Of a DNA stretch of 24,478 nt, positions 9,812 to 22,364 are shown one piece after another. Position 1 is the first letter of the stretch; every line of letters starts with the position of its first letter. This stretch comes from Octopus sinensis (lineage: Eukaryota). The stretch covers positions 1 through 24,478 of the forward strand of contig NW_021836433.1 in assembly GCF_006345805.1 (NCBI RefSeq). Reading direction: 5' to 3'. Position numbers and translations under genes: made by a program. The notes under the pieces are model-generated. The model was not told the DNA's origin, ran no database searches, and worked only from the letters and a program-made list of their open reading frames with translations.

Positions 9812-11129
9812 ATTTGAGAGAGAAAGAGGGAGATAAATAGAAGCTGAAAGTCAAATAGGGAGAGAAAACTGTCTTATTCTCACCGCCTCAGCAAAACACA
9901 TTTACAGAATCATTAATAAAAGAACAACTAATGAATTAAAAGCAAAGCTGTAAATTACTTGGCGTATGGAGATACGATTTCTGAGACACAAAATGATTTT
10001 GAAATGTTTTTGTTGTAGTAGCTGTTTCACTTTTTATCATCCAAGTTCAATACCAGCCCACAATCAAAAGCTTCCCAGTTATAATCAGAGCCGTCTTATT
10101 TATAGCAGGCACAGTGTATCTAGTTCTACACTATTAGATGTATCCTTCCTTATTTGAATGCAGTGTGTTGTTAGTTACAGACGATTTAGTTGATATTTCT
10201 AGAGAATCAACGGTCCTCCAAAACAAGAGCCCGTCGCGTCGTTTCGCTTGGTAGAAAATAGATTTAGCGATTGTGGGTGTATCGCTTGATTGAGTCGAGG
10301 TCAGTTAATAATGTTTAAATATTCAGCAGTTCGGTAAAAAAAAATTTGGAAATTTTAGAAATGGGTGATCGTGTTGTTTCAAAAGACTTTGCTTAAAAAA
10401 TTAACAATGCTCAGTTACTGAAGGAGAAGGCTTTCATCGAATTTAATTATCTCAAAAAGGTCAAGTTATTGGCTTTCCCATTCCCATGTCTGAAGAGTTC
10501 ATTCTGAACATGCATGAGTCCCTAGAAAATATTTCTCAGGCTAAGAATTTGGAGATGTTACCCTGAGAGCACTGGACTGAATGTCCAGCGGTAAACTAGT
10601 TTCTCGTTGATATTCCGTCGCTCAAACAAATTTCATTTTGGGGTCAGAAGGGCACGAAATTTGTAACCAGCTGAAAGAAAAAGACCACACAAAAGAAAAC
10701 GGAAGAACAACAAGAAACATAGAGATATTTACACTCAATAAAAGGATGAATCAACAATTACAATCATGTAATATAAATTAAGAGATTAAGAGACTGACAA
10801 TCATGTTATATGAATTAATAAAACAGTAAGAGCACAATGAAATAAGGTCAAGAAAGAATTACTAAAATTAAAGAAGCACAGCAATTAAGTTGACCAAACA
10901 TAAAGCCCGGATTAATCTGATATATCAGACTACCATTTACCGCTTCATTCCACCAGTGGTCCACAATCGAAGTTCATGTGGTTCTTGGGGGTCCATATAA
11001 GATTTTGTACTTAAAATTTTCTCTGTAATAAATTGCAATACACATAATATATTCACAATTATTCTTATATAATTCCTAATAAAATTTAACTTTAAAAAGT
11101 CAGTAAGGGCTTGACTGAAGAGGAATGTA

Positions 11130-11377
11130 TGCTTATGTATGTATATGTATATATATATATATGTATATATAAATACATATATATATATATACACACATAA
11201 ATATATGTGTGTATGTTATATACATACATATATACACAGATATATATATGTGTGTGTGTGTGTATGCATGCTTGTAGCATGTATAATTCTCATTTGCAAA
11301 GCCATCAACGGCAAAAGTATGTAGATAAAGTGTGTATGTTAGACAGAAGTCTGAGGGTATGTGCACACATCAGTATG

Positions 11378-11418
<41 letters not shown>

Positions 11419-11524
11419 TACACGCACGCACACACTCACAGAAGTATGTATAGATATGGTGACAGCATGAACATGTAGATAGACTGAGAGATAGCTAGAT
11501 AGATAGATAGACAGACAGGCAGAC

Positions 11525-11618
<94 letters not shown>

Positions 11619-12277
11619 GCAGACAGTCAGACAGACTGCCAGAAAGATGCATAGATAGACAGTCAGATAGACAGATCGATAGGTAGGTGAGTATGTATGT
11701 AGGTAGGTAGGTAGATAAAGACACTTACAAGAATGTCGCAACGTATAGTACGTTATTGTATAGTATAGTAAGTATAGTTTCACAATACGTATAAAATTCA
11801 ATTGTATGTCGCACTTTCTCAGTCTGTGTGTGCTTGTGTGTGTGTGTGTGTGTGCGTGTGTGTGTATTCGTGAGTATAATAATAATAATATATACATACA
11901 TACATACATATATATACACACACATATATATATATAATATATGTATATATATATAATATATAATGTATGTATATTATGTATATTTAGGTATGCATGCATG
12001 TATGTATTTATGTATTTATATGTATACATATATATATATGTATTTATGTAGATATATATGTATTTATATATATATATATTTATGTAATGTATATATATAT
12101 ATAATAATATACATCATTGTAATATGTATATATATATATATATATAATTTCATAAATCATAATAATCGTATACATGTTTTTAAGACTTAATGGTATATGG
12201 ATATTTACAAAAGTATAGACAGACATGTACATGTGTGCGAGTGTTTGTTTCTCTGTGTGTGTGTGTGTGTGTGTGTG

Positions 12278-12340
<63 letters not shown>
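11130..12340. repeat. Compound microsatellite field (TA, TG, GATA, GACA)
   Basis: Direct reading; pure (GATA)n at ~11525-11615 and (TG)n at ~12255-12330. Confidence 0.92.
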
Positions 12341-12343
<3 letters not shown>

Positions 12344-12383
12344 AAGTATGTGAGTTATTTATATCTACAAATCATCGAGCACA

Positions 12384-12481
12384 GGCGCGGGCGTGGTTGT
12401 GTGGTAAAAGCTTGAATGCCCAACGACACGATTCCCGGTTCAATCTATCGACTTGGTACCTTGCGCATGTGTCTTCTGCAG
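12384..12481 (+). mobile_element. Diverged family-B SINE head
   Basis: ggcgcgggcgtggttgtgtggtaaaagc...ccggttcaatc...ccttgcgcatgtgtcttct. Confidence 0.7.
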
Positions 12482-13515
<1,034 letters not shown>

Positions 13516-13543
13516 CTACTTACCACTCAGCCACTCCTGCACC
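13516..13543 (-). mobile_element. 28-bp stub of a family-B SINE head
   Basis: Reverse complement aggtgcaggagtggctgagtggtaagtag matches the head at 1697-1730. Confidence 0.7.
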
Positions 13544-13568
13544 TATATATATATATATATATATATAC

Positions 13569-13615
<47 letters not shown>

Positions 13616-14233
13616 TATATATATAATATATATATATATACATATATATATTTCTAGATATATACTTTGATATGAAAACTCCAAGGGATGAGAGTGTAAG
13701 TCGTAAGAATGAATTATAAAATTGTAAAACGGAGGAATCAGAAAATCGTGATGTTCAAACCATAGGGTGTCTGTCGTGCGTGCGCGCGCGCTCGTGTGTG
13801 TGTGTTTATACAGAGGCACACTTACCCACACATACACTGTACGCATTCACGTGTTGGGCATAGGCGTTAATGAATATTAGTCTGTGTACCAATGTATTCA
13901 TATCACACCACGCAAAGCGAATCTCCTCACTCTTTGTCTAATTCACAGATTTGTTTCTCGTTGTTGTTTTTTTTTTACTTTATTTGCCTCATTCCGTCGC
14001 ATTGTTTCCGTCCATGGCCAATCACAATATCATCGTTTTGTACACGAATTCGTCTACGTAAACAATATGATCGAAGGTAGAAACATATGTAGTCGGAGTT
14101 TATGCATATTTTAAAAGTAGTCGCACTTTGTTCAGTACCATGTCCAACCCATTAATCTTCCGTGACACGTTGCTTGAATAACCACAAAATTTAACTCAGT
14201 TAAATATACCAGTATTAAGCAATTAATATATCA

Positions 14234-14279
<46 letters not shown>

Positions 14280-14559
14280 GTGGTGTGTGTGTGTGTGTGT
14301 GTGTATACATATATATATTTATATATCAAACGAGGCTGTGTTTTCCAAAATAGAGGTAAACATCTTCCTCAGTGAGATCGGCTTGAAAAATTGTTAAGAC
14401 AGGTTATTTTCCTACTTTTCTTAACATGAAACCAATGGTAGCCTTAACTCACAAATAAAGAAATTTGATCCCCCAATGCTGTGTTGAGCACTCGTTTTCA
14501 TCGTTCGACGCTTATGTATATAAATAAACATGAACTACTATTGGAACTTACATTCCATA

Positions 14560-14835
14560 TAGAGGATATTTTTTAACAATTTTATACACTATTTTCCTTG
14601 AATAATAGAACTGCAACTACAATATCTTTATATATCTTATTTCTAATTTCCTTCTCCTTTTTCTCCTCTATATTCCCTATCTCCTCCTTTTCCACAATAA
14701 TTGAAACTCAAATATTTTCTCACACCGTCTCTGATGAAGGAATATCCATAACATCCCAGAAACAGCTGTAAGACTATTTCATTATAAATGTCCTGAAAAC
14801 TCCTCACAGACTTGGATTTGTTATTTCATTGTGTC
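14560..14835 (+). mobile_element. PLE-like terminal fragment, ACAGCUGU family
   Basis: Pyrimidine-rich lead-in, HHR motif, and a tail ending at (TA)n 14838-14860. Confidence 0.6.
14727..14774 (+). ncRNA. Minimal type-I hammerhead motif
   Basis: GUCU-CUGAUGA(14731-37)-helix II (ggaatat/acatccc, 2 mismatches)-GAAA(14759-62)-palindromic ACAGCUGU-A(GUA site)-AGAC. Confidence 0.7.
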
Positions 14836-14861
14836 TAATATATATATATATATATATACAG

Positions 14862-14984
14862 GAATTGTTTGCGTAATGAGATAAAAATAACCAAGGCTGT
14901 ATAGATATTAGAGCATTTATAGATAGAAGGTTTTACAGCTGTTTCTATGATATTAATTAATAATATCTCTTCATCGGAGACGGT
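14862..14984 (-). mobile_element. Second ACAGCUGU-family PLE-like fragment with degenerate HHR
   Basis: Minus strand: ccgtct-ccgatga-a-ga gatatta ttaat taatatc at-a-gaaa-cagctg-ta-aaac; the tail is colinear with 14775-14835. Confidence 0.65.
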
Positions 14985-14999
14985 ATATATATACATAGA

Positions 15000-15075
15000 T
15001 ATATTGAGTTGGAATTTACAAAGCGAAAACAAAAGACGAAGACGGGTATGTGAAAAACAAACAGGTGTTGTTTTA
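15000..15075 (-). mobile_element. Tail fragment of the GAGC-GUAG-GCUC PLE-like family
   Basis: Minus strand acacctgtttgtttttcacatacccgtcttcgtcttttgttttcgctttgtaaattcc resembles 6625-6685. Confidence 0.55.
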
Positions 15076-15329
15076 CCACTATCTTTTAAATATAGTCCAA
15101 CGGGGGATACAGGCAATTCAGTAAGCTGCACATAGCCAGAATAATAGAAAAATACATCCCTTAGGTGGATGGTTCGAAGGTAGCAAATTGAAAGCATTTC
15201 AAGCATTAAAAGCCCACGGAAAATAAAGCTGTTTCGAACTGAGTCAAAATATTATTAAATAGTAAGATATGTATCTCCACCAAATGTTTTGAGTGCCAAT
15301 CTCTTTCGTTTGTCCACCCACTCGTATAC

Positions 15330-15333
<4 letters not shown>

Positions 15334-15403
<70 letters not shown>

Positions 15404-15430
15404 TGTGTGTGTGTGTGGGTGTGTATGTGG
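15334..15430. repeat. (TG)n microsatellite
   Basis: Direct reading. Confidence 0.96.
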
Positions 15431-15499
15431 GTGTAGTGATAAAACAATGGTCTTTATTTTCGTGACTAGGTATGGTATTTTTATCTAGATTCGCAATCA

Positions 15500-15630
15500 T
15501 TGGTGGAGCGCGTAACTTAGTGGTCAGTGGTTTGGGCATCATGATCGTAAGACTGTGGTTTCGCTTTCTGGACGAAGCGACACGTTATACTCTTGAGCAA
15601 AACACTTCATTTCACGTCGTTCCATTCTCC
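15500..15630 (+). mobile_element. Diverged tRNA-SINE head (related to 19578-19700)
   Basis: ggagcgcgtaacttagtggtcag...ggtttcgctttctgga...cttgagcaaaacacttcat. Confidence 0.55.
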
Positions 15631-15891
15631 TCGGCAAACAAAAATGAGCAGCATAACATGGTCGTGACGAGCCTGGCCAGACGGTACAGAAGACGGACCT
15701 GCCTAACAAAAAATAATTAACTAAAGAACGATATAAAAAAAATAGGGATCCTCTGGTCTGATGGGCCCTAGGCCTACCCTGATATTGGGTATTATGTTTT
15801 GCTCAATCTTCTGTGGCACCAACAAAGTATGTCGTAACTCGGAGTGGTTTCACGTTTTTGCTTCACCTATTAAAAATGCAGGTAAATTTAC

Positions 15892-15988
15892 ATTCCGCCG
15901 AGGTCGACTTTACCTTGCGTACTGGGGTCAATCTAATCGACTGGGTCGCTCCCCAAAATTTTCGGGCGTTGTGCCTAGCGTAGAAAAG
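15892..15988 (+). mobile_element. 5'-truncated, internally deleted family-A SINE with 17-bp TSD
   Basis: attccgccgaggtcgacttt...actggggtcaatctaatcgact; TSD aatgcaggtaaatttac (15875-15891) / aatgcaggcaaatttac (15989-16005). Confidence 0.85.
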
Positions 15989-16068
15989 AATGCAGGCAAA
16001 TTTACTTCGCGTAATTTGAAAAATGGAAAAGGAAGGACGCATAAGCTAATAATCTATTTTCCAGTTTA

Positions 16069-16300
16069 AGTCGGTGAGCTGGTAGAACCGTTAGCACGCC
16101 TGGCGAAATGCGTAGCCATATTTCGTCAGCCGTTACGTTCTGAGTTCAAATTCTGCTGAGGTCGACTTTGCCTCTCATCCTTCCGGGGTCGATTAAATAA
16201 GTACTAGTTACGCACTGGGGTCGATGTAATCGACTTAATCCGTTTGTCTGTCCTTGTTTGTTCCCTCTGTGTTTAGCCCCTTGTGAGTAATAAAGAAACA
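16069..16300 (+). mobile_element. Full-length family-A SINE with TSD
   Basis: Close match to 676-910; TSD aatctattttccagttta (16051-16068) / aatatattttctagttta (16301-16318). Confidence 0.92.
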
Positions 16301-16474
16301 AATATATTTTCTAGTTTACATTTCTAGATAAAGGCGGGGTGGGTATGTTCGGAACATGATCATTTTGTAATCTTTAGTTAATCTTCAGCAAAAACAAAAA
16401 ACAAACAAATCTGAGTTTTGTAGTTGATGCTGACTCTCTATTATTACTAACCTAGTGACTACAATATTTAGGAA

Positions 16475-16680
16475 TACCATTTGGTAGAACAGCTAGACCT
16501 TCAGACTAAATGTCTTGTTTGGTATCGATCCTGTGTGTACTGAGTTCAAAGCACGACATTGATTTTCATCGTTTTAAAATGAGTGAAATAAGGAGCAGAC
16601 AATTAATGGACTCGATAGAATCGATTATAGCCCTTTTCTCCAAATTCGAAGTCTTGTGCCTATGTAAGAAATCGATAACG
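16475..16680 (+). mobile_element. Old family-A-like SINE
   Basis: tggtagaacagctagac...ctgagttcaaa...ttttcatcgtttt...actcgatagaatcgatt...gtcttgtgcct. Confidence 0.5.
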
Positions 16681-17208
16681 TCATAATAAAAACTACCTCG
16701 CACCCTTACAAATTGCGTTTTTTCCATCACGTTTTTTGTTTTATTCTCATACTTTTTCCACATGTTTTCTATTAGTCCAATGTCCTAGTTTTTAAGTACA
16801 TCAAACGTATAAACTGAGACTGAAAGATTGTTTGGAGATACATGGCATGCTGTATAAACTTGCCAATTTAATGTATGAATTTAACAGTATGAAACTATTA
16901 GTAGCTCTTCTGTAATTGTGCATATTAAATTATATTTATCTCTTACTGCGTGGACTGCTTTTTTTCTTTAGGCTACCTATATTGAAGCTACTCATTCCAT
17001 CTCGGGAAGAGATTCTATAAATCTTTGTTTTCTCTATCTAAATTAAATGTCTCCTTCAAGTGATGCGAAACATTTTGCTTATATATATATATATATATAT
17101 AACATTTATAGGTAAAAACGGTAAGGTAACAAAAGAAAGAAAGAGACCTCAATATTATGTAAATAGAGGAAATTTATGTGTAACATATTAATTTACAGAT
17201 ATAACATT

Positions 17209-17260
<52 letters not shown>

Positions 17261-18439
17261 AGTGTGTGAATCCTATTAATGCGTGTGCACATGAATGCAC
17301 GATGTCTTTTTCATACTTGTTTGCTGTTTATGTCCTATGCCTTTGGTCCATACAAAAATATGAACAATACTCATTTATTACTTGATATGATATACTTTAT
17401 TAACTATCACAGGACTAACTCTTGAGGGCCTCTATGAGGTTTTGTTGCTAAAATTTATCCGCAATAAGTTGGTTATACTTCTACAAATACACAAAATATT
17501 TTAACAATTCTTTTTATGTCATTCCTAATAATATTTAATTATAAAGATATATGATTGTTTTTAAAACATCGAAATGACTTGGAAAGTCAACTAGAGTAAA
17601 ACAGCAATCAAATGAGTCCATAGGTAGAAAATGGTTCGGAACCACTGGACTGACAGGTGCATGTTCTTCCACATTCGTTCCCTCCACTCCACCAAATAGC
17701 GAGCTTGCCTCGCTCCTTTTGGAATGAAGTAATTACTGAGTCTACTATTTTTACCCATTTTAAGTACCCCAGACAGGAAACGTAGATTGATTATACTACC
17801 CAGTACCCTTCTCTATCGCAACATAAATGGTGCCAGTGGCTCTTACTATAACACCGATGGTAAATGACATCGACCTTACAGACTTGACCAGGAATTTGTG
17901 TCTGCAACGCCAAAGTTATTCACCAAACTCTGTATTACATCCGTCTGTGATATGGGAGAGAGACAAAAGTGCAGAGTGATAAGCGACGAAGAATTCCCCC
18001 AGTGATGTATGTGTTGACTTGTTCTGGTGCATTAAAACAAGAAGATACATATTAGGGGACGGGTCACCTGCCTACAACCCATCTCACAGCAGCACTTTTA
18101 GGATTTTTGTTACATTCTAGGTCATATTTTAATGAAGACAGGAAAGGTCAACGCAATGCTGAACTGCCTTAGAGATTTAATTTAAATATTTAAAGGCATT
18201 TTGTCCAGCACTCAACTTTATAACTATCTTCAACTTAATAAAAGAAAAAGTAATACTGGTGCTCACTCACGTCGATTTTAAAGTATGAGTGTTTGAAGGG
18301 AAGGATTTAAACAAAAAAACAAAACAAAAAGGGATTAAAAAACACAAAGCTGCGTCTATTTACGATGGCTGTGTGGATGTAATTTAAGTGCAGGTATGGT
18401 TTTGCTATGAAATCCCAACGGGAGCAATGATGGTTTTGA

Positions 18440-18590
18440 TTCTTCCTGGTATTTGACAAAAGTGTCTGTTGATATTTTATCAATGCCGAAGACATAAAAA
18501 GCAAACCTGATCTGGGCGGGACTTGAACCTAGATAGGAAAAAAAGCCGAAATATAGTTTTTGCGACGCTATAACGATTCTCTCTGCTCAC
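18440..18590 (-). mobile_element. Diverged family-A SINE
   Basis: tggtattt...tttatcaatgccgaagacataaaaagcaaacctgatctgggcgggacttgaacc...taacgattct. Confidence 0.6.
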
Positions 18591-19577
18591 TTCTGCTCTT
18601 CGGAACATCCCAAACATAACTCTGGATTACCCTGAGACACCAGGCGGCCAATACCTTCTCCCAGTTTTTGTCGTCCATCTTCAGCCACATAATTAATATG
18701 GGTGCATTTAAAAACGGCAATTTCGCCACCCTTATTCACCTTGGATAAAATTTACTGGAAAGCAGCACTTCTTTCTCTGTGGTCTCCTTCCCCACAAATG
18801 GTACTTGAAGAAGTGAAGTTGATGAAAGCTTGATTTGGAAGTAAAATCTCTGTTGTCAAACCTTTTAACCATGTTACTATCGTACAACTTCTCTCCACAA
18901 ATACGCACTTCAGCAGTTCACGGTCTGTAAACAAAAGCCAAATCTATGCAATGAAATTTTACCCCTATTGCCGTCTGGATCTCTTCTGGAATGGTACCGA
19001 GTGTCTGGATTTTTAACGTGTGAAACATCATGGCGGTGAATAAATCGCTCCTGTGCCCCAACGCGAGCAGAAAGCTCCACGACGTCTAAAACTAAAGTTC
19101 AGGAAGATGGTCTTTAAATTGTGATTTATAATATTCAGAAAACAACCTACATTAATTGTCTGATTCGAAGACACAAGATGAAATGTTTGCAATTGTTTAG
19201 AAAGGGCTGAAGTGTGAGCGGCCCTGGAACTGTATTCTTGCTGATAATAAATCTAAGTTTAGTGTCCTGAAGTCATTCAGCAACTGACCCATCGTCCAGC
19301 ATCTTCACTTGACCACACACATAAACGCAAGCGATTTTCCACATTGCTCTAGCTGAACACATAACTTAGTTCTTTCCGGGATATAATATATCTTTTGCAG
19401 TTACCTGAAATGCTTCTCTGACAATTTGAGCGCGATTTAAAACTGCTCCACCGTTTATGGTAATTTTCCATCATAAATCTTATTAACTTTTGTTGTATTT
19501 AAAATCGTGGAACATTTTCAAACCCTTCATCTTTATGTTTCTTCTATATTTTTGATGTTTGCTATTTTATGGGATCA

Positions 19578-19700
19578 TAGTGATCCAATGGTCTAATGGT
19601 TAGCGTGTTGCACTTACGATCGCCGGATCACAGATTCGATTTCTGGATAACGCGGTGTGGTATCCTCTTGAGCAAAGCACTTCATCTAACATTTTGTTTT
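19578..19700 (+). mobile_element. Diverged tRNA-SINE head
   Basis: A-box-like tggtctaatgg, B-box-like gattcgatttc, then cttgagcaaagcacttcat. Confidence 0.6.
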
Positions 19701-19965
19701 TTCTAATACTGTGTGAAGACCGGTATGTCAAAGAATAGAGTCAGTGTCTCATCCGCCTGTTATAGAAAAAAGGTGACTAAAAGAGATTGAGATAGGATTT
19801 GCAGTCTGACCTCGTAAAGTCCTTCCTTTCAACGACTACCTAAACGGAGCCATGGTTTTGGGGGTTGTCATCTGAGTGGTGCAAAGATGTCATCTGCCAG
19901 GAGTAAGGAATCACTACAGACGGTAGATGCAGTGACACTCTTTTACAGTGCATTTCCCCATACTA

Positions 19966-19994
19966 TACTGCTACTACTACTACTGCTACTACTG

Positions 19995-20032
<38 letters not shown>
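19966..20032. repeat. (CTA)n microsatellite
   Basis: Direct reading; the source of the poly-Leu ORF. Confidence 0.95.
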
Positions 20033-20033
<1 letters not shown>

Positions 20034-20739
20034 TTTGTACCTGTGATTGAAAGGCAGTTAATGATTGATTATTGTTCTTGTTGATTTTGCCCTTACTCTT
20101 CTCGGTTTTCTGCACTGTGTTGCACTTCTTGTTGTTGCACCTCTCGTTTCGTTGTAGTTTCTGTTGTTAGTGTCGTTGCTATTGTGCAACATCATCTTTC
20201 TCCCGTTTGACATTTGATTTTTCAACTTTGGCGGGTTTTGAAAATCCTTTTACCATTTCGAGCCTTTCAAAGACAGATCTCCTGCACCCAAATTCCTTAC
20301 CAGATATTGCGCTAGAAAAATGCAGAGGAAACGGCATGTCATTGGCAGATTTTGATATTTTTTGAGAGACATTTGTAGGAAATATAAAGGTGATTGTGCT
20401 GTAGCAGCCTGCTGTACTTTTGCTGCAAAACTCGTCCCCTGTAGGCATGTGTTAGCATTACTGAAACCACATCTCCTCCATCTTCAGACGTCACGCTCGT
20501 TGACATTTCAAATCAAATGTTTGTTGATGGCTGCACCTCCCCTAATTAGGGGAGGTCTGTGAGAGCTTTTATTCTCACTTTTTTCTGGAGAATGTCTTAA
20601 ATAAGTAGATCAATATAAATGCTTACATTTTATTGGGGGGAAATGTGTGAAATTATGTAATGTCGATGGTCTGAGCAGAGAAGGAGGAGGAGGAGGAGGA
20701 TATTTTCAAATTTAGGGAGAAAAGGCAGCTATTATCGGC

Positions 20740-20905
20740 TGAGAGTTAGTCGATTACATCGATCCCAGTAATTCGCTAGTACTTTATTTTATCGATCCCA
20801 AAAGTATTATAAAGCAAGGCTGACTTCGGAGGGATTTGAACTCAGAGCGCAGAAAGTCGGTACAAAAATGCAAGACATTTCATACCCACCGGGCGCTCTA
20901 ACCAG
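20740..20905 (-). mobile_element. Diverged family-A SINE
   Basis: agtcgattacatcgatcccagt...tttatcgatccc...gacttcggagggatttgaactcagagcg. Confidence 0.75.
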
Positions 20906-21293
20906 TCTTTAACAATTAAACACCTCTACTATATGTCTGTGTGTGTGTTTGTTTGTGTGTGTGTTTGTGTGTGTGTGTATGTGTGTTTGTTGTGTGTGTG
21001 TGGAGAGAGATAGAGAGAGACAAACATATATGATTATAAATGTCAGACTTAATTGTACTTACCTGCAGCATTATCTCCATAACGGATCACTTGGATTACT
21101 TTTATAGCCACTCTTAAACCCATGGCCTCGTCCCCGATAAAGCTTTCGAAGTTTAAGCTCAAATTACTGTAGTTTTGCTTTCGATATTGAGCATCCCTAG
21201 CTCTCACCTTCTGGCTGTGATTGCATGTGTGTGTGTGCGTGTGTGTGTGTGTGTGTGTGTTGCCACAAGGTCTAGGTCATATTCGCCAATTCA

Positions 21294-21365
21294 GGACATA
21301 TGGCGTAGTGGTTAAAATCGCGGGCTACTAACCCCAAGATTTCGAGTTCGATTGCAAGTAGTGAG
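21294..21365 (+). mobile_element. tRNA-derived head of SINE family D
   Basis: A-box tggcgtagtgg (21301-21311), B-box gagttcgatt (21344-21353), tRNA-like spacing; runs directly into (TAA)n. Confidence 0.85.
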
Positions 21366-21384
21366 TAATAATAATAATAATTAC

Positions 21385-21451
<67 letters not shown>

Positions 21452-21460
21452 TAATAATAA
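21366..21460 (+). repeat. (TAA)n tract, left of the retrotransposon insert
   Basis: Direct reading. Confidence 0.97.
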
Positions 21461-22298
21461 ACTAGAACAGCAAAGAACCATGATAAAACGATGGCAAGAA
21501 AAGCCCCTTCATGGTAAATACTGGACTAAATCCCAGCAATGGTTGAGAAGCTCAGGACTCAAAGCAGAGACAGAGGGATTTTTAATTGCAGCACAAGACC
21601 AAAGCCTCCCCACCAGAAATTACCAAAAACATGTAATGAAAATAAATATAACAAGTAACTGCAGAATATGTGGAGATGGACAAGAAACAATAAATCATAT
21701 TATCTCTAGCTGCCCAGTCCTGGCTAAGAAGGAATATATTCACAGACATGACAGAGTTGGGACCTACATACACTGGAAGCTATGCCAACATTATGGAATA
21801 ACAACAGAAAAAAGATGGTATAGGCACACACCAGAAAAGGTCACAGAAAACGAGAAAGCAACCATAGTCTGGAATATGCTGATACACACAGATAGAGAAA
21901 TTCAGTCCAACAGACCAGATATAGTTGTCAGTGATCATGAAGAAGAAAATGCTTTCTAATTGATGTATCAATACCAGCAGATGACAACGTGTCTTTAAAA
22001 GAAATAGAGAAACTTTCAAAATACAAAGATCTGGAAATAGAGGTAACCAGAATGTGGAACCTAAAAACAGAAACAATTCCTATCATAGTAGGTGCATTAG
22101 ACAGGATAAAAACAATATTCAGACAAATACATAACAAAAACACCAGGACTTACAAACACATATAACATACAGAAAATTGCACTACTAGGCACTGCACACA
22201 TCCTACGCAGAACACTTTCCATACAATAACCATACCCAAGGCACACAGAGCTGCGCTCGGTAGTGAAGTGAAAGCACGCTATAAAAATAAAACTACTG
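21461..22298 (+). mobile_element. 5'-truncated R4/Dong-type non-LTR retrotransposon (CCHC knuckle + restriction-like endonuclease), frameshifted
   Basis: LHG..WL..ETEGFLIAAQDQSL; C-x2-C-x8-H-x4-C (CRICGDGQETINHIISSC); HRHD; NRPDIVV. After a frameshift near 21945: CFLIDVSIPADDNVSLKEIEKLSKYKDLEIEVTRMW..IPIIVGAL. After further shifts: IQKIALLGTAHILRRTLSIQ* (stop 22227-22229). Short 3' UTR; (TAA)n on both sides. Confidence 0.92.
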
Positions 22299-22319
22299 AA
22301 TAATAATAATAATAATAAT

Positions 22320-22364
<45 letters not shown>

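Larger units (their letters stand above)
17550..20584 (-). pseudogene. Possible decayed coding sequence of unknown identity, interrupted by SINEs and a (TAG)n repeat
   Basis: Repeat-poor sequence with protein-like runs in shifting minus-strand frames (e.g. GQVKMLDDGSVAE*LQDTKLRFIISKNTVPGPLTLQPFL; HRERSAAFQ*ILSKVNKGGEIAVFKCTHINYVAEDGRQKLGEGIGRLVSQG); many stops and frameshifts; no family recognised. Confidence 0.3.

Noticed and set aside
10488-10520. CUGAAGA followed by the hairpin guuca-uuc-ugaac
   Set aside because: No GAAA or NUH site downstream.
10560-10700. Possible Tc1/mariner remnant
   Set aside because: No TIRs or recognisable transposase motif.
14065-14100. GAAA-CAUAUG-UA (HHR-like helix III)
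   Set aside because: No CUGANGA core or helix II upstream.
20362-20562. Plus ORF with CCTFAAKLVPCRHVLAL resembling a SWIM zinc finger (MULE)
   Set aside because: The CxC spacing is wrong, there are no other MULE motifs or TIRs on that strand, and it may be antisense to the decayed minus-strand sequence. Worth one HMM check only.
21294-21365. Possible tRNA gene
   Set aside because: No acceptor-stem pairing and it runs straight into a repeat; SINE head. The same applies to 1697, 7593 and 19578.
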